Below are positions 47,369 through 57,608 of a stretch of DNA of 64,000 bases, piece after piece (positions within the stretch are counted from its first letter, which is position 1; the number at the start of each line of letters is the position of its first letter). The DNA is taken from assembly GCA_025558095.1 (NCBI GenBank), contig JAIVFI010000009.1:682001-746000 (forward strand). The letters are read 5' to 3'. Origin of the DNA: Hyaloraphidium curvatum SAG 235-1 (lineage: Eukaryota; Fungi; Monoblepharomycota). A program made the translations under genes and the position numbers. The notes under the pieces are model-generated. The model saw only the letters and a list, made by a program, of their open reading frames with translations. It was not told where the DNA came from and did not search any database.

Positions 47369-48446
47369 TCACGGCTCGGAGATGCAAGCCGGCAGCGGCC
47401 TGGCGCCGAACATCCCCACCCACTCCGCGTTCCCGGCCCCGAACCACCTTTCACCATCCATCAGCACGATCCGCATCAACGCGACGGCGGACCCACCTGT
47501 CCCACTCGGCCTTGAACCACCCGTCCGCGATCATCGCCGTCAGCGCCCCGTCCACGGCGTCGACCAGGGCCTGCGGCGCCGGCCGCAGCTTCGAGAAGGA
47601 GAAGGCCCAGCGCTGCTGCGTCGGCTCCGTGTGCGCGATCCTATCCTCGCCATCAGCCCCCGTTTCCCGACCGGCCCCCACAGTGACCCACCGGTACTTG
47701 CCCCCGGCCTCGGGAACGAGGTACTTCGGGAACGCAATGTCGTCGTCGCACACCCCGTCCGTCCTGCCCTCGTCCGCGGCGGCGACCATGTCCCCCAGCA
47801 CGTCGCTCGTGGCGCCGTCGAAGGGCACGCATTCGAGGTACTCGGTGCCGACGCGTTTGGCGAGGAGCTCGACCAGCGCGGCGTTGGTCGACTTGTCGAT
47901 GGCGCCGATCCGCACGGGGCGGCCGAGGGCCTTGGAGACGGCGGGGATGGAGGCGAGGTCGGTGATGGGGGAGGAGGAGGGGACGAGGAAGCACTGTCGC
48001 GGCGCGGAATCGAGGTCAGCTGGCCCGAGCTGCGGCGGGAAGAGAGGGAGAAACCTCGTCCCAGGCGCCGTAGGGCCGCGAGTAGAGCAGGTACGCCTTG
48101 CGCTCCTCAGTGATGGCCTGCCCGCAGATAATGGCGTCGCTTTGGGCGTCCTTCCGCTCGATCGATTCGCGGAACGCGTTCCAATCTGCCGCCCCGCCAG
48201 CAATGAGCCGCAACACGCCGTCAGTGGCAGTCTTTCGTGGGTGGAACGCGGCAACCCACCAGTCGGGACGAACTCGACCTTCACACCCAGCCGCTTCGCG
48301 ACCTCCCTCGCCACCGCGCTCTCGTACCCCGTGCGGTCCTGCTGCGCCTGGGGGTCCTTCTCGTCCGCGATGATGAACATGGGGGGTACGGAGAAGCCGG
48401 CGCAGGTGAGGCGGAGGGTGCCGGGGACGATGGTCGGCGGGGCCAT
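47369..48446 (-). CDS. Bacterial-type amino-acid solute-binding protein (SBP family 3) with three introns
   Basis: TGYESAVAREVAKRLGVKVEFVPT|ADW, DAIICGQAITEERK...YSRPY and LVDAVDGALTAMIADG...WDR|WFG. Confidence 0.8.
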
Positions 48447-49014
48447 TTTGTGGGTTGTGGGGGCGGAAGGGCGGGACAAATGGGGGGTGCGGAACACGAG
48501 AGGGGAGATGGAGGCCGCGGCAAGGCTAGACGGCGCGATGCGGGGCCAGGAGGAGTGGAGACTGGTCCGTTCCGGGGCCGTCTAAGGAGGGCTGGTGGGG
48601 AGATCGGTGATCTCGATCGCCTTGAGCGCGGCGCGGCGCCCCGCCGAGCTGGATCTAGGTGCCGGCGAGCCAACGCTTGGATGTTGGACGCAGTCAGTCA
48701 GTGGTCTCTGCCTGTGCCTCCATATCCATATTCATTCGGGTTTCCCGCGTCATGATCTACGATTCTCAGGTGGCGTCACACTTCGCCTGTTCGAAGGGAA
48801 GCTCGGCCTTTCCCGGCCAGCACAAGGTCGGAACAATATGCTGACGATCCAGTTTGCTTGAAATCGTCTGATGATAGCGGGCAGAACGCCCTGTTCCGGG
48901 ATGCAAGGGGTCCAGCGGGAGGCCACTTGATGCGGGCCGAGGCCTCGATCCAAAGTCCGCGCGAAGTCGAGTCGACCCCCCGCGGCTTCCCACTCCCACC
49001 CCGCCGGGCGCGCC

Positions 49015-49659
49015 ATGGCCACGGCGTTCGCGTCCTTCCGCGCGCTCTTCCACGCGCTGCTCGACGCGTGCGGCGGCGCGGGGCTGGCGCCGGTGCTCTA
49101 CCCGTCGCTGGTCGTCCCCGCGCACTCGGGCGTCGGCGACCTGGCCGCGTCGGCGTTCCCGGGCGACCTGAGGGAGCTCGCAGAGCTGCGCGCCGTCGTC
49201 TCCGCCGTGAAGGAGTCGTCGGACGCCGTCGCGGCCGCGCTGAGGGCCGCGTCGGGCGGCGTCGCAGATGGCCTCAGGGACGCCGGCGCGTCCGTCGCCC
49301 GGCGGATCGACGCGATGGGCGCAACAACGGGGTCGCTGCTCGTGCTCGCAGCAGGCACATGGGCATCGTACGGTGGGCATTTACTGGCGCACCCGGGAGG
49401 CATCCGGGTCGAACGATCCCGTTCTGACCCCGATCCGTGTTCCCCTCCAGCGTACATCGACTACCTCCGGCACATGAACCCGCCCCGCCGGCGGCGCCGA
49501 TCCTCCGTCCGCCCTTCCTCCCCCGTTCCGGCACCCCCGTCGCCCGCGCCGCAGGAAACCGCGCCCCGGGTGCGGAAAGCGCGGGACCTCCCGCCGGACC
49601 TCGCCGACGTCCTGCACGCTTGGGGTCATCCGGCGCCGAGGGTGCGCAGGGAGCATTGA
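49015..49659 (+). CDS. Hypothetical protein
   Basis: ATG-started ORF with the host's GC3 bias. No recognisable motif; may be spliced. Confidence 0.4.
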   Translation: MATAFASFRALFHALLDACGGAGLAPVLYPSLVVPAHSGVGDLAASAFPGDLRELAELRAVVSAVKESSDAVAAALRAASGGVADGLRDAGASVARRIDAMGATTGSLLVLAAGTWASYGGHLLAHPGGIRVERSRSDPDPCSPPAYIDYLRHMNPPRRRRRSSVRPSSPVPAPPSPAPQETAPRVRKARDLPPDLADVLHAWGHPAPRVRREH

Positions 49660-50084
49660 GAGGCTCGGACTCTTCTTCGCCACGGCCGTTTCGGCCTCAC
49701 ATCTGCCATTTTGCCATGGACATTGGATCGATTGGGCGTGCTCGACACATTGCTGGACGCTAACCTGCCATGATTCTGCCTGCTGATGTACACTGCCATC
49801 GGATGTATCTCCCGATTGTTGATGAATTGATGTTGTTGCCTCATTACTGCGCCTTGGTCGCCCACGGAAGTGCCAGGTCTTCCCCGATGCCGCCTGCGCC
49901 CCTAGTCTCCGATGGTCTTCCTATGCACATTCCACCCCATCTTTGCTTCGCGCCTAAGGATGAGCGCTGGTTCGTGGATAGCCGCAATTCAGGAGTGGCT
50001 TGCGGTAGCAATACCGTCTATTCAGCGGCCCAGTCAAGAGCCTCGGCAAAGGAAAGAGCCTGTGCAATGGGATCCGGGGACTCG

Positions 50085-50290
50085 GGTTCCTCCACGTGCC
50101 CATAGTCCAAAATCCAACCACTCCAATCCGGGCCCGCCGCGCACGGTGCCCTCGACGAACCCCGCGACCTCGTCGTACGTCACCTCGCCGTGGTGTCTTC
50201 CCCCGCTCCAGGACATCTTTGGGTTCCTGGACGACTCGGTGCAGGGGCGGGACGGGGTGGTCTGGATGAATGGGCTCGACGACGGAGACG
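50085..50290 (-). pseudogene. Orphan C-terminal fragment of an F-box paralogue
   Basis: RHHGEVTYDEVAGFVEGTVRGGPGLEWLDF matches RAHFGVVTYAEIRGFADGTIQGEAGQAWLDY at the end of the adjacent gene. Confidence 0.6.
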
Positions 50291-50369
50291 GGGAGGACTA
50301 CAGTCCGTGATGGGCGAGTCACAGGAGGCTGCGGTTGGGCGCAAGAATACTGTATCAACGAAATTTAGT

Positions 50370-51482
50370 CTATTGCCATGCAACGTCGACACTACATCTG
50401 TAGTAGTCCAACCACGCCTGTCCTGCCTCGCCCTGGATGGTGCCGTCGGCGAAGCCGCGGATCTCGGCATACGTCACAACACCGAAGTGCGCTCGGCGGA
50501 CCGCCCTTCCCCAGCGGTATCCGTCAAAGGTGCAGTCATCTGGCCTCTGCTGCAGCATCGAGGTCCATTCCAGCGCCGGAAACCGGGCCATCGCATGCAT
50601 CAGCGCCTCGGAACAACGGCGGGCCGAACCGGAGAAGCCCTGGGCGTGCGCGACAAACCCGAGGTATCGCAGCCCGCCGCGGGCCGATTCCAGCTGAATT
50701 AGACACGCTTTGATGGCTTCGGGATTCCAGTGGGGTTCAGTGACGATTGCTTCCTCCAGGGTGGGAAAGCATGCAAGGGATGTGACGCAGAAGACGCCCA
50801 CGGCGCGCAGGCTGTGCAGCAGCGGGGCCGCGGTGACGATCGCCGCTTCCCACGCAACTTCCCCCACGGCGGGGCCGGATGCGAACAGTTCCACCTCGCT
50901 GATGGTTTCCGGAAGAAACAAGGGGATCTGGTGGAAGCCCGGGCAGCAGAAGCCGTCGCGCGCGGAAGCGAACACCCTGAGCTTCTCCAGCCTGGGGCAC
51001 ACGCTGGGAATGGCCCGCAGCAGGCCATCCCGTCCTAGAAGACACCTCCCGATGTCCAGCCCCAGTTCCCTGAGGAAGGGATAGGCGCAAGGCGACGGCC
51101 TGGGGCGGTAGCCGGCGCGGCGCGCGACCTCGGCCCAAAGCTGCCACGCCTGGGAAGAAGGGCGGCGCCCTGCAGCGTGCGAGGTGCTTTCTCCTGCGTA
51201 CAGCGTTCCACACCGGCCGTGGCGGGACTTGAGCCCGTCCGAATCTATGCGAAGCCGCATGCGCACTGTCGGAACGCGCAGCGCCGCCCCGGCGAGCAGC
51301 GCGGCGGTGCAGCCCCCCGCGTCCGAGGCATAAGTGCGCCACAGCTCCGGGGCGCTGGCGAGATCGCGGAGGAGGGAGCAGGTGCCCGCCAGCCGGCGGA
51401 GGTCCCGTGTCCCCAGGAAGGATGCGACACGGAGCCAGACGTCGGCGTCCATCGGGACGGTGTTTGTGGGTGTAGCCGGCAT
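50370..51482 (-). CDS. F-box + LRR-like protein
   Basis: MDADVWLRVASFLGTRDLRRLAGTCSLLRDLASAPELWR, followed by LRELGL and CPRLEKLRV. Confidence 0.75.
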   Translation of the reverse strand: MPATPTNTVPMDADVWLRVASFLGTRDLRRLAGTCSLLRDLASAPELWRTYASDAGGCTAALLAGAALRVPTVRMRLRIDSDGLKSRHGRCGTLYAGESTSHAAGRRPSSQAWQLWAEVARRAGYRPRPSPCAYPFLRELGLDIGRCLLGRDGLLRAIPSVCPRLEKLRVFASARDGFCCPGFHQIPLFLPETISEVELFASGPAVGEVAWEAAIVTAAPLLHSLRAVGVFCVTSLACFPTLEEAIVTEPHWNPEAIKACLIQLESARGGLRYLGFVAHAQGFSGSARRCSEALMHAMARFPALEWTSMLQQRPDDCTFDGYRWGRAVRRAHFGVVTYAEIRGFADGTIQGEAGQAWLDYYRCSVDVAWQ

Positions 51483-52004
51483 CGCGTAAGGATCCGTCGA
51501 GTTCCTCGTCGCGGAACGGTGCCACGCGCTGTCTGCGCGGCCCCTGCTGGGCTTCTGTGCCGCGGAGATTTGTCGGGGCTTGGGGGGCCGCTCCGCACCA
51601 GCCGCAGCCAAACCCCCGACGGTGACCCCATTGCTCCCGGAATCCCCGGCCGGCCACCGCAGCCATGCATTCTCGACCGATGTGCTCGACTCGATGACAA
51701 GGACACAGGAACTTCGTCTGATGAGGTGATGCCACCAAAGAGGAGATCGATGAGTGACAATCAATGCGACCGTCTCTCGAGCAACAGAATCCCCCAAAAC
51801 CCGTTCCTCATCGTTTCCAACCCCAGTGCACACCGGGATCAATTTACGCAAACACTGCACGACAATGCCGTAACAAAAAAAAGCCACGTCGAGCAAAAAT
51901 TCGTGCTCATGTCACGCGCTTCATCTAGCTGCCTTCGGGGACCGCCCCAGCTCGCGACCGCTTTCCCTCTTCCCGCCCCTACACCCCATCGACTCCTCCC
52001 CGCT

Positions 52005-53543
52005 TCACGCCGGGCAAACGCTCTCCACCGTGAACCCGATCCCCGCGGCCCTTCCTACGCTCCACAGGCCCAACATCACCGTGACGGCCGTCGCCACGAG
52101 GCCCCTCAGCGAACCGTAGCTGACCGCCGTCCCGAACGCGCGCAGGCGGTACCCATCCACCTCGAGGAACGAAGAAAGCACGGCGTCGTGCGCGGCCAGC
52201 TGGTGTCGCAGCTCCGGGGGCGGGGGCGGGCAAGCGGCGGAGAGGAGGCGCAGGGTGGTGCGCGCGGCGCGGTAGAGGTCCGTGACGGCGGTGATCTGGA
52301 GGTTGGATTCGGAAACGTAGACGAGCTCGAGGACGAGGTAGGCGATCTGCGTGAGCGCGGCGAGGAGCTGCCATAGGGAAATGCAGGAGCCGACGGCGAC
52401 CGTGATGATAGCCGAGGCGACGAGGGCGGACATGCCCGCGATGACGACGATCTGGGTCCTGCTAGTGTTGTTGTACCGGTTGAACCAGTTGCGCGAGAGG
52501 TGGTCGTGGATGGTCTGGTACTGGTATGCCGCGGCGGCCGCGCCTTCAACGGGCTTGGCGCCGCCGCCATCGGCGCCTTGCTGGTGAGGTTGGGCTTCAA
52601 GACGCCTCAACAGCTCACACAACCCGGCACCTACAGCCCGACGCTGCAACATCCCCTGGAAGCGGATTATGGGCAGGGAAACAGTGGTCCCAATGCGGCT
52701 CAGAACGCCAAAGGCGGTTGCGAATACGAGCCAAAGCAGCGCGAGCGCGCCCAGCGAAGCGCTCCACGGAGTCGTCCAGAACTGTCCTGCGAGCGACAAC
52801 ATGGGGGTCCAGAGCATCGCGAGCGGGGGTAGGAGGATGGCGCACGCCGACACGACGGCGTCGCCTATCCCAGCGGCAAACATGCCTCGCGGCAGGCGGC
52901 CCCCGGCACATGACGAGCGCGGGCAAGGGCAGCTGTGGTTGCCTTCATCGTGGAACAGCAGGGCAAGGCCGTCTGGGACCGCGGCGGGGAGGGCCTCGGG
53001 ATCCTCGGGATCTGCGTCCGCCTTGCTCCCGCCCGCCAGCGTCACCCATCGCGCGAGTCCGTTCGCGATCCTGACTACGTAGAGAATCCGATAATCGAAC
53101 TTTTTCTGAAGCCTCAGGTGGAAACCTCCTGTCTCCTTGGTAATCGCGGCAAAGGCAGTGGGCCGCGCCAGCAAGTACAGCACGGCGGCCGCGATGCCGG
53201 CGACGACCCTGTTTGTGACATAGTGCGGTTGCGTGGCGAAAAGGACCAGAGCGGCGAAAACCGGCACACAAAGCACGGCGATGCCGAGGTAGAAAACGAT
53301 GAGGGTCGGCACGGCAATCAGGCGATACCGGCGCACGGTGAACCGGGTCAGCCACGCGAACGGAGCCATGCCGGCACCGGCGAGCAGGGAGCAAATCCGC
53401 TCCAGCGGCAGGATTTCGGACTCGCGGAGCGCGGCCGCGGGGTCCACTTCCGGGCGCGACACGGCGTACGCCGACTTGTCGGGCGGGGACGGCGACGGGA
53501 AGAGCACGAGGAACTCCTCGGGAGTCAGGGCGAGGGGCGGCAT
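52005..53543 (-). CDS. Multi-TM CPCPxxxCAGG family protein (GR/7TMIC-like C-terminus)
   Basis: Intronless; close paralogue of 55634-57160; CPCPRSSCAGG loop. Confidence 0.75.
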   Translation of the reverse strand: MPPLALTPEEFLVLFPSPSPPDKSAYAVSRPEVDPAAALRESEILPLERICSLLAGAGMAPFAWLTRFTVRRYRLIAVPTLIVFYLGIAVLCVPVFAALVLFATQPHYVTNRVVAGIAAAVLYLLARPTAFAAITKETGGFHLRLQKKFDYRILYVVRIANGLARWVTLAGGSKADADPEDPEALPAAVPDGLALLFHDEGNHSCPCPRSSCAGGRLPRGMFAAGIGDAVVSACAILLPPLAMLWTPMLSLAGQFWTTPWSASLGALALLWLVFATAFGVLSRIGTTVSLPIIRFQGMLQRRAVGAGLCELLRRLEAQPHQQGADGGGAKPVEGAAAAAYQYQTIHDHLSRNWFNRYNNTSRTQIVVIAGMSALVASAIITVAVGSCISLWQLLAALTQIAYLVLELVYVSESNLQITAVTDLYRAARTTLRLLSAACPPPPPELRHQLAAHDAVLSSFLEVDGYRLRAFGTAVSYGSLRGLVATAVTVMLGLWSVGRAAGIGFTVESVCPA

Positions 53544-53768
53544 TCCGAGCAGCGGCCTAGAGCTTCGGCGGACTGTTCCGAAGAGAACTAGACGAGCCCA
53601 GATAACGGCGCGGGTGGCTGCGGCGAGCCGTCCCGCGCGCCGTCCTAGTGTGGTGTGTAATGAGGAGCTGTAGCAATCCCACCGCGCGCCTCCCCACAGA
53701 CCTCTCAGAGGCCCGGCGTCGAGTTTCTTCGTCTGCATATCCGGAATCGCGACATCGGCCGGAGAAAG

Positions 53769-55222
53769 ATGAAGGACAAAGTCGTCATCGTCACGGGAGG
53801 CACCGAAGGCGGGTCTCAACCGCTCCGGAGACCCCGCTGGACGTCGGCCCGCGCGTCCGTCAGCAACTTCTCTCGACCGGCCGTCTCCGGCCACATTCTG
53901 CGTCGAGCTGACGCTTTCCCGCCCCGCAGGCATCGGCCTGGCCATCGTCGAACGGCTGCTCGACATGGGCGCCAAAGTGATGGTCGGCAACCGCAATGTT
54001 GAGCTCGCGGAAAAAGGTCTCCCACGCCGGCGACGCGCCGCCGCGACGGGATCTGACCCCTCCACTCGTCGACTCTATCGTCGTTTCTTCTCGCAGTCAT
54101 CGCCGAGCTCAAGGACGGCCGCCCCGCCGCCGCGGAGAACCTCGCGTTCCAGAAGACCGACATCTGCTCCAACGACGACAACCGCGCGCTGTTCCGCGCG
54201 ACGGTGGAGAAGTTCGGGACCTGCGACGCAGTGGTGGCCAACGCGGGGTTCAGCGTCAAACCGTTCATGGCCGAGGTGGAGGAGGGCACGTGGGGTCGCC
54301 CTCCATGTCTGCGGGGCCGTACCTGGGCTGACCGGGCGCGTTTCGGTTAGGGACGACGACTGGCTCCGCGGCGTGCAGGGCAACCTAATCGGCACCATGG
54401 TCCTTGCGCGGACGGCGTGCACGTACTGGACTAAGGAGGGCAAGGAGGGCGCGATAGTGATTACGAGCTCGGTTGCGGGTTACTTTCCGTCTCGGGGCCA
54501 CCCGTGCATGAGCTACGCCGTCACCAAGGCCGCACAGAGTGAGTTTCAGTTTCGCTCGCGCGCGTCGGAGTCTTGGATTGCTTATCGTTGCCGCTTCAGA
54601 CCAGTTCGGTGGGAACCGCCCCGGCAACTGCGCCCCAAGGCCCACAGCTGAGCTCACATCCCGTGGCCGTCCCAGCTGCCAACTTGCAGGTCCTCCTCGA
54701 AGGCACGGCAAAGGCCAAGGGCCTCGATCCGGTGCAACACCGTGATGCCCGGCCTTGTGGTGGGTCGGGTCGCGTCCGATCGGATTACGGGGCTCACCAG
54801 CTGTTCCATCAGTGGACGAACATCTGGAAGAAGGGGCGGCATGCTGACGTGTGTTTGGCCCTCGGAACCGGAGATCGTTTGCCTCATCCCTGCCCGCGCC
54901 GCAGAAAAACTACCAGGACCCGAAAGACTTCGAGGACCGGAATCCGTGGGGCAAGGAAGCGTTCCATGCCAACGCCGGATGGTAGGCCAATCCCGCGTCT
55001 CCGTGCCGCCACCGCACCGCTGACGGACCCGCCCGCAGGACCCCCATGGACAAGCTCGTGGACGCGTACGTTAAATGCCTGCAGGACGATTCGATCCGCG
55101 GGCAGTGCTTCGTTGTCAACGGCGAGGGCGGGGAGATGTTGGAGTATCCTGCGCCGGGCGCGCTCGAGGAGGGTGGGTCGCTGGAGTGGGGGACCAACTA
55201 CGTCAGCAGGAAGAAGGAGTGA
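53769..55222 (+). pseudogene. Short-chain dehydrogenase/reductase, copy 1, probably frameshifted
   Basis: TGGTEGIG, VVANAG, NLIGT and YAVTK. Lacks 11 nt at about 54725 compared with the paralogue at 60720-62257. Confidence 0.65.
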
Positions 55223-55633
55223 TTGGATGGGATGGATGGCACATAGATGGCACGGAACTGATGGCACCATTGGCCAGCGGCGCGTCGAATGACGGGCCGG
55301 AAGGCGACGCTTCTGCGGAATAAGAACTCCGGGCCTCAGCCGACCAATGTCGACCGATGACGAAAGGTTGAGCCAGGTGCAAGTTGGCAGCCGCCACCGC
55401 CTCGCCGACCTGACAACTTCGACGGGACATTCGATGGGATGAAGGTGCCACAGCGAAAGACATAAATTCATGAAGATTGACACCGATTCATCTTCCTGCC
55501 GGAGCTGTCTTCAATGGTTCCATGGGAAGCTCCAGAAACGCGTAAACACGCCGCCGCGGCCGTGCAGCACGACCGGCGTCGAAACACGCCTGGCACGAGC
55601 AGGAAGTCCTGCCACGAGTGCCCGCCGCTCGCA

Positions 55634-57160
55634 ATGCCGCCCCTGTCGCTCACGCCGGAGGAATTCCTTGTGCTCTTCCCCTCGCCTTCCCCGCCGGACA
55701 AGTCGGCATATACCGTGGCGCGTCCGGAAGTGGACCCCGCGGCCGCGCTCCGCGACTCCGAGATCCTGCCGCTGCAGCGGATTTGCTCCCTGCTCGCCGG
55801 TGCCGGCATGGCCCCGCTCGCGTGGCTGACCCGGTTCACGGCTCGCCGGCCACGCCTGATCGCCCTTTCCACCGCCGCCGCATCGTACGCTGCGGCCGCC
55901 CTGCTCTGCGTGCCGGTCTTTGCCGCCCTGGTCCTCTTTTCAACGGGACCGCGCTACCTTCCGGGCAGGGTCGCCGCGGGCGTCGCCGCCGCCTTGTCGT
56001 ACTTGCTGGTGCGGCCCCTCTCGCTAGGTTTTCTGGCTTTCAAGCACCAAGACTACCTCATATACCGCCACACCAAGGAGCAGATATATGGGATGCTCCA
56101 GGCCGTTAGAATCTCGAACCGGCTGGCCCGCTGGGTCATGCTAGCGGTCGGCCGCAGAAAGGACGCGGATCCCGAGGATCCGGAGGTCCTCCCCGCCACG
56201 GACTCGGAGGGCCTTGCCCTGCTGTTCCACGATGAAGGCAACTGCAGCTGCCCTTGCCCGCGTTCCACGTGCGCCGGGGGCCGCCTGCCGCGGGGCATGT
56301 TTGCCGCTGGGATGGGCGACGCCCTCGTGACGCTGTGCGTCATCCTTCTGCCCCAGCTGGCGATGTTCTGGACGCCCATGGTGTCCCTCGCCGGGCAGTT
56401 CTGGACGACGCCGTGGAGCGCTTCGCTAGGCGCGCTCGCGCTCCTTAGCCTGGTCGGCGCGGCCGGGATCGGCGTCTTGAGCCGCTGCGGGACTATGGTC
56501 ACCATGCCCATGATCCGCTTCCAAGGATTGCTCCAGCGGCGCGCGGTCGGCACCGGGCTTTGCCAGCTGCTGATGCGACTGGAAGCGGAACGTCCCGAGG
56601 AGGGCGGCGGCGGCGGCAAAAAGCCCCCAGCCGGCGCGTTCCAGTACCAGATTATCCACGACCACCTGTCGCGCAACTGGTTCAACCGGTACAACCTCAC
56701 CGGCAAGACCCAGGTCATCGTCGTCGCCGGCCTCTCCGTCCTCGTTGCCTCGGTAGTCATCACGGTCGCTGTCGGATCCTGCATCACTCTGTGGCAGCTC
56801 GTTGCCGCCCTAACGCAGGTCGCCTATCTCGTCCTCGAGCTCATCTACGTCGCCGAATCCAACCTCCAAATCACAGCCGTCACGGATCTCTACCGCGCCG
56901 CGCGCACCTCTCTTCGCCTCCTCTCTTCCACATCCCCGCCCCCGCCTCCCGAGCTGCGCCACCAGCTGGCCGCGCACGACGCCGTGCTTTCGTCGTTCCT
57001 CGAGGTGGACGGGTACCGCCTGCGCGCGTTCGGGATCGCGGTCAGCTACGGTTCGCTGAGGGGCCTCGTTGCGACCGCCGTCACGGTGATGCTGGGCCTG
57101 TGGAGCGTGGGGAGGGCGGTGGGGATCGGGTTCACGGTGGAGAGCGTGTGCCCGGCGTGA
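55634..57160 (+). CDS. Multi-TM CPCPxxxCAGG family protein (GR/7TMIC-like C-terminus)
   Basis: Intronless; CPCPRSTCAGG loop; C-terminus YRLRAFGIAVSYGSLRGLVATAVTVMLGLW. Confidence 0.75.
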   Translation: MPPLSLTPEEFLVLFPSPSPPDKSAYTVARPEVDPAAALRDSEILPLQRICSLLAGAGMAPLAWLTRFTARRPRLIALSTAAASYAAAALLCVPVFAALVLFSTGPRYLPGRVAAGVAAALSYLLVRPLSLGFLAFKHQDYLIYRHTKEQIYGMLQAVRISNRLARWVMLAVGRRKDADPEDPEVLPATDSEGLALLFHDEGNCSCPCPRSTCAGGRLPRGMFAAGMGDALVTLCVILLPQLAMFWTPMVSLAGQFWTTPWSASLGALALLSLVGAAGIGVLSRCGTMVTMPMIRFQGLLQRRAVGTGLCQLLMRLEAERPEEGGGGGKKPPAGAFQYQIIHDHLSRNWFNRYNLTGKTQVIVVAGLSVLVASVVITVAVGSCITLWQLVAALTQVAYLVLELIYVAESNLQITAVTDLYRAARTSLRLLSSTSPPPPPELRHQLAAHDAVLSSFLEVDGYRLRAFGIAVSYGSLRGLVATAVTVMLGLWSVGRAVGIGFTVESVCPA

Positions 57161-57243
57161 ACCGGGAGGAACGTCGTGCGTGGCGTTGGGGATGGTTGAT
57201 CGGGCCGGAGATGGTGGCGAACGGGGACCATGTCGAAAGAGAC

Positions 57244-57295
57244 AGCTGAGCTGAGCTGAGGTGGCCTGAGCTCGGCTGAGCTGAGCCGGAGCTGG
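57244..57295. repeat. GCTGA/GAGCT pentamer repeat tract
   Basis: agctgagctgagctgaggtggcctgagctcggctgagctgagccggagctgg. Confidence 0.7.
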
Positions 57296-57608
57296 ATGCT
57301 GGGGCTGCATCGCTTTTGCGCCTGTCACGGATGGAAATACAGAGTTGTCTGCCTTAACATGCCCTCCCGCAGATGATCCCGTGCGATGGGGCGTGATCAA
57401 AGAAGGCGAAACTGGCCCAGTTGCCGTCTCAATCCGACCATCCAGCAGGATGTCGTGCGAAAAGGGTGATCTCGGAAGCGCCAGAAGGTGTTCAATCATT
57501 GAGTTCGCTCCGGCCTGACCCTCACCAGCCGCTCTGCGGAGTTCGCTCCGACGCCATCCCAACTCAAACTGCAGCTGCCCCGGGCGGATCCACCGGCGCG
57601 CCCCGAAC

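Noticed and set aside
57244-57295. Possible CRISPR-like or switch-like repeat
   Set aside because: Short simple pentamer tract with no spacers.
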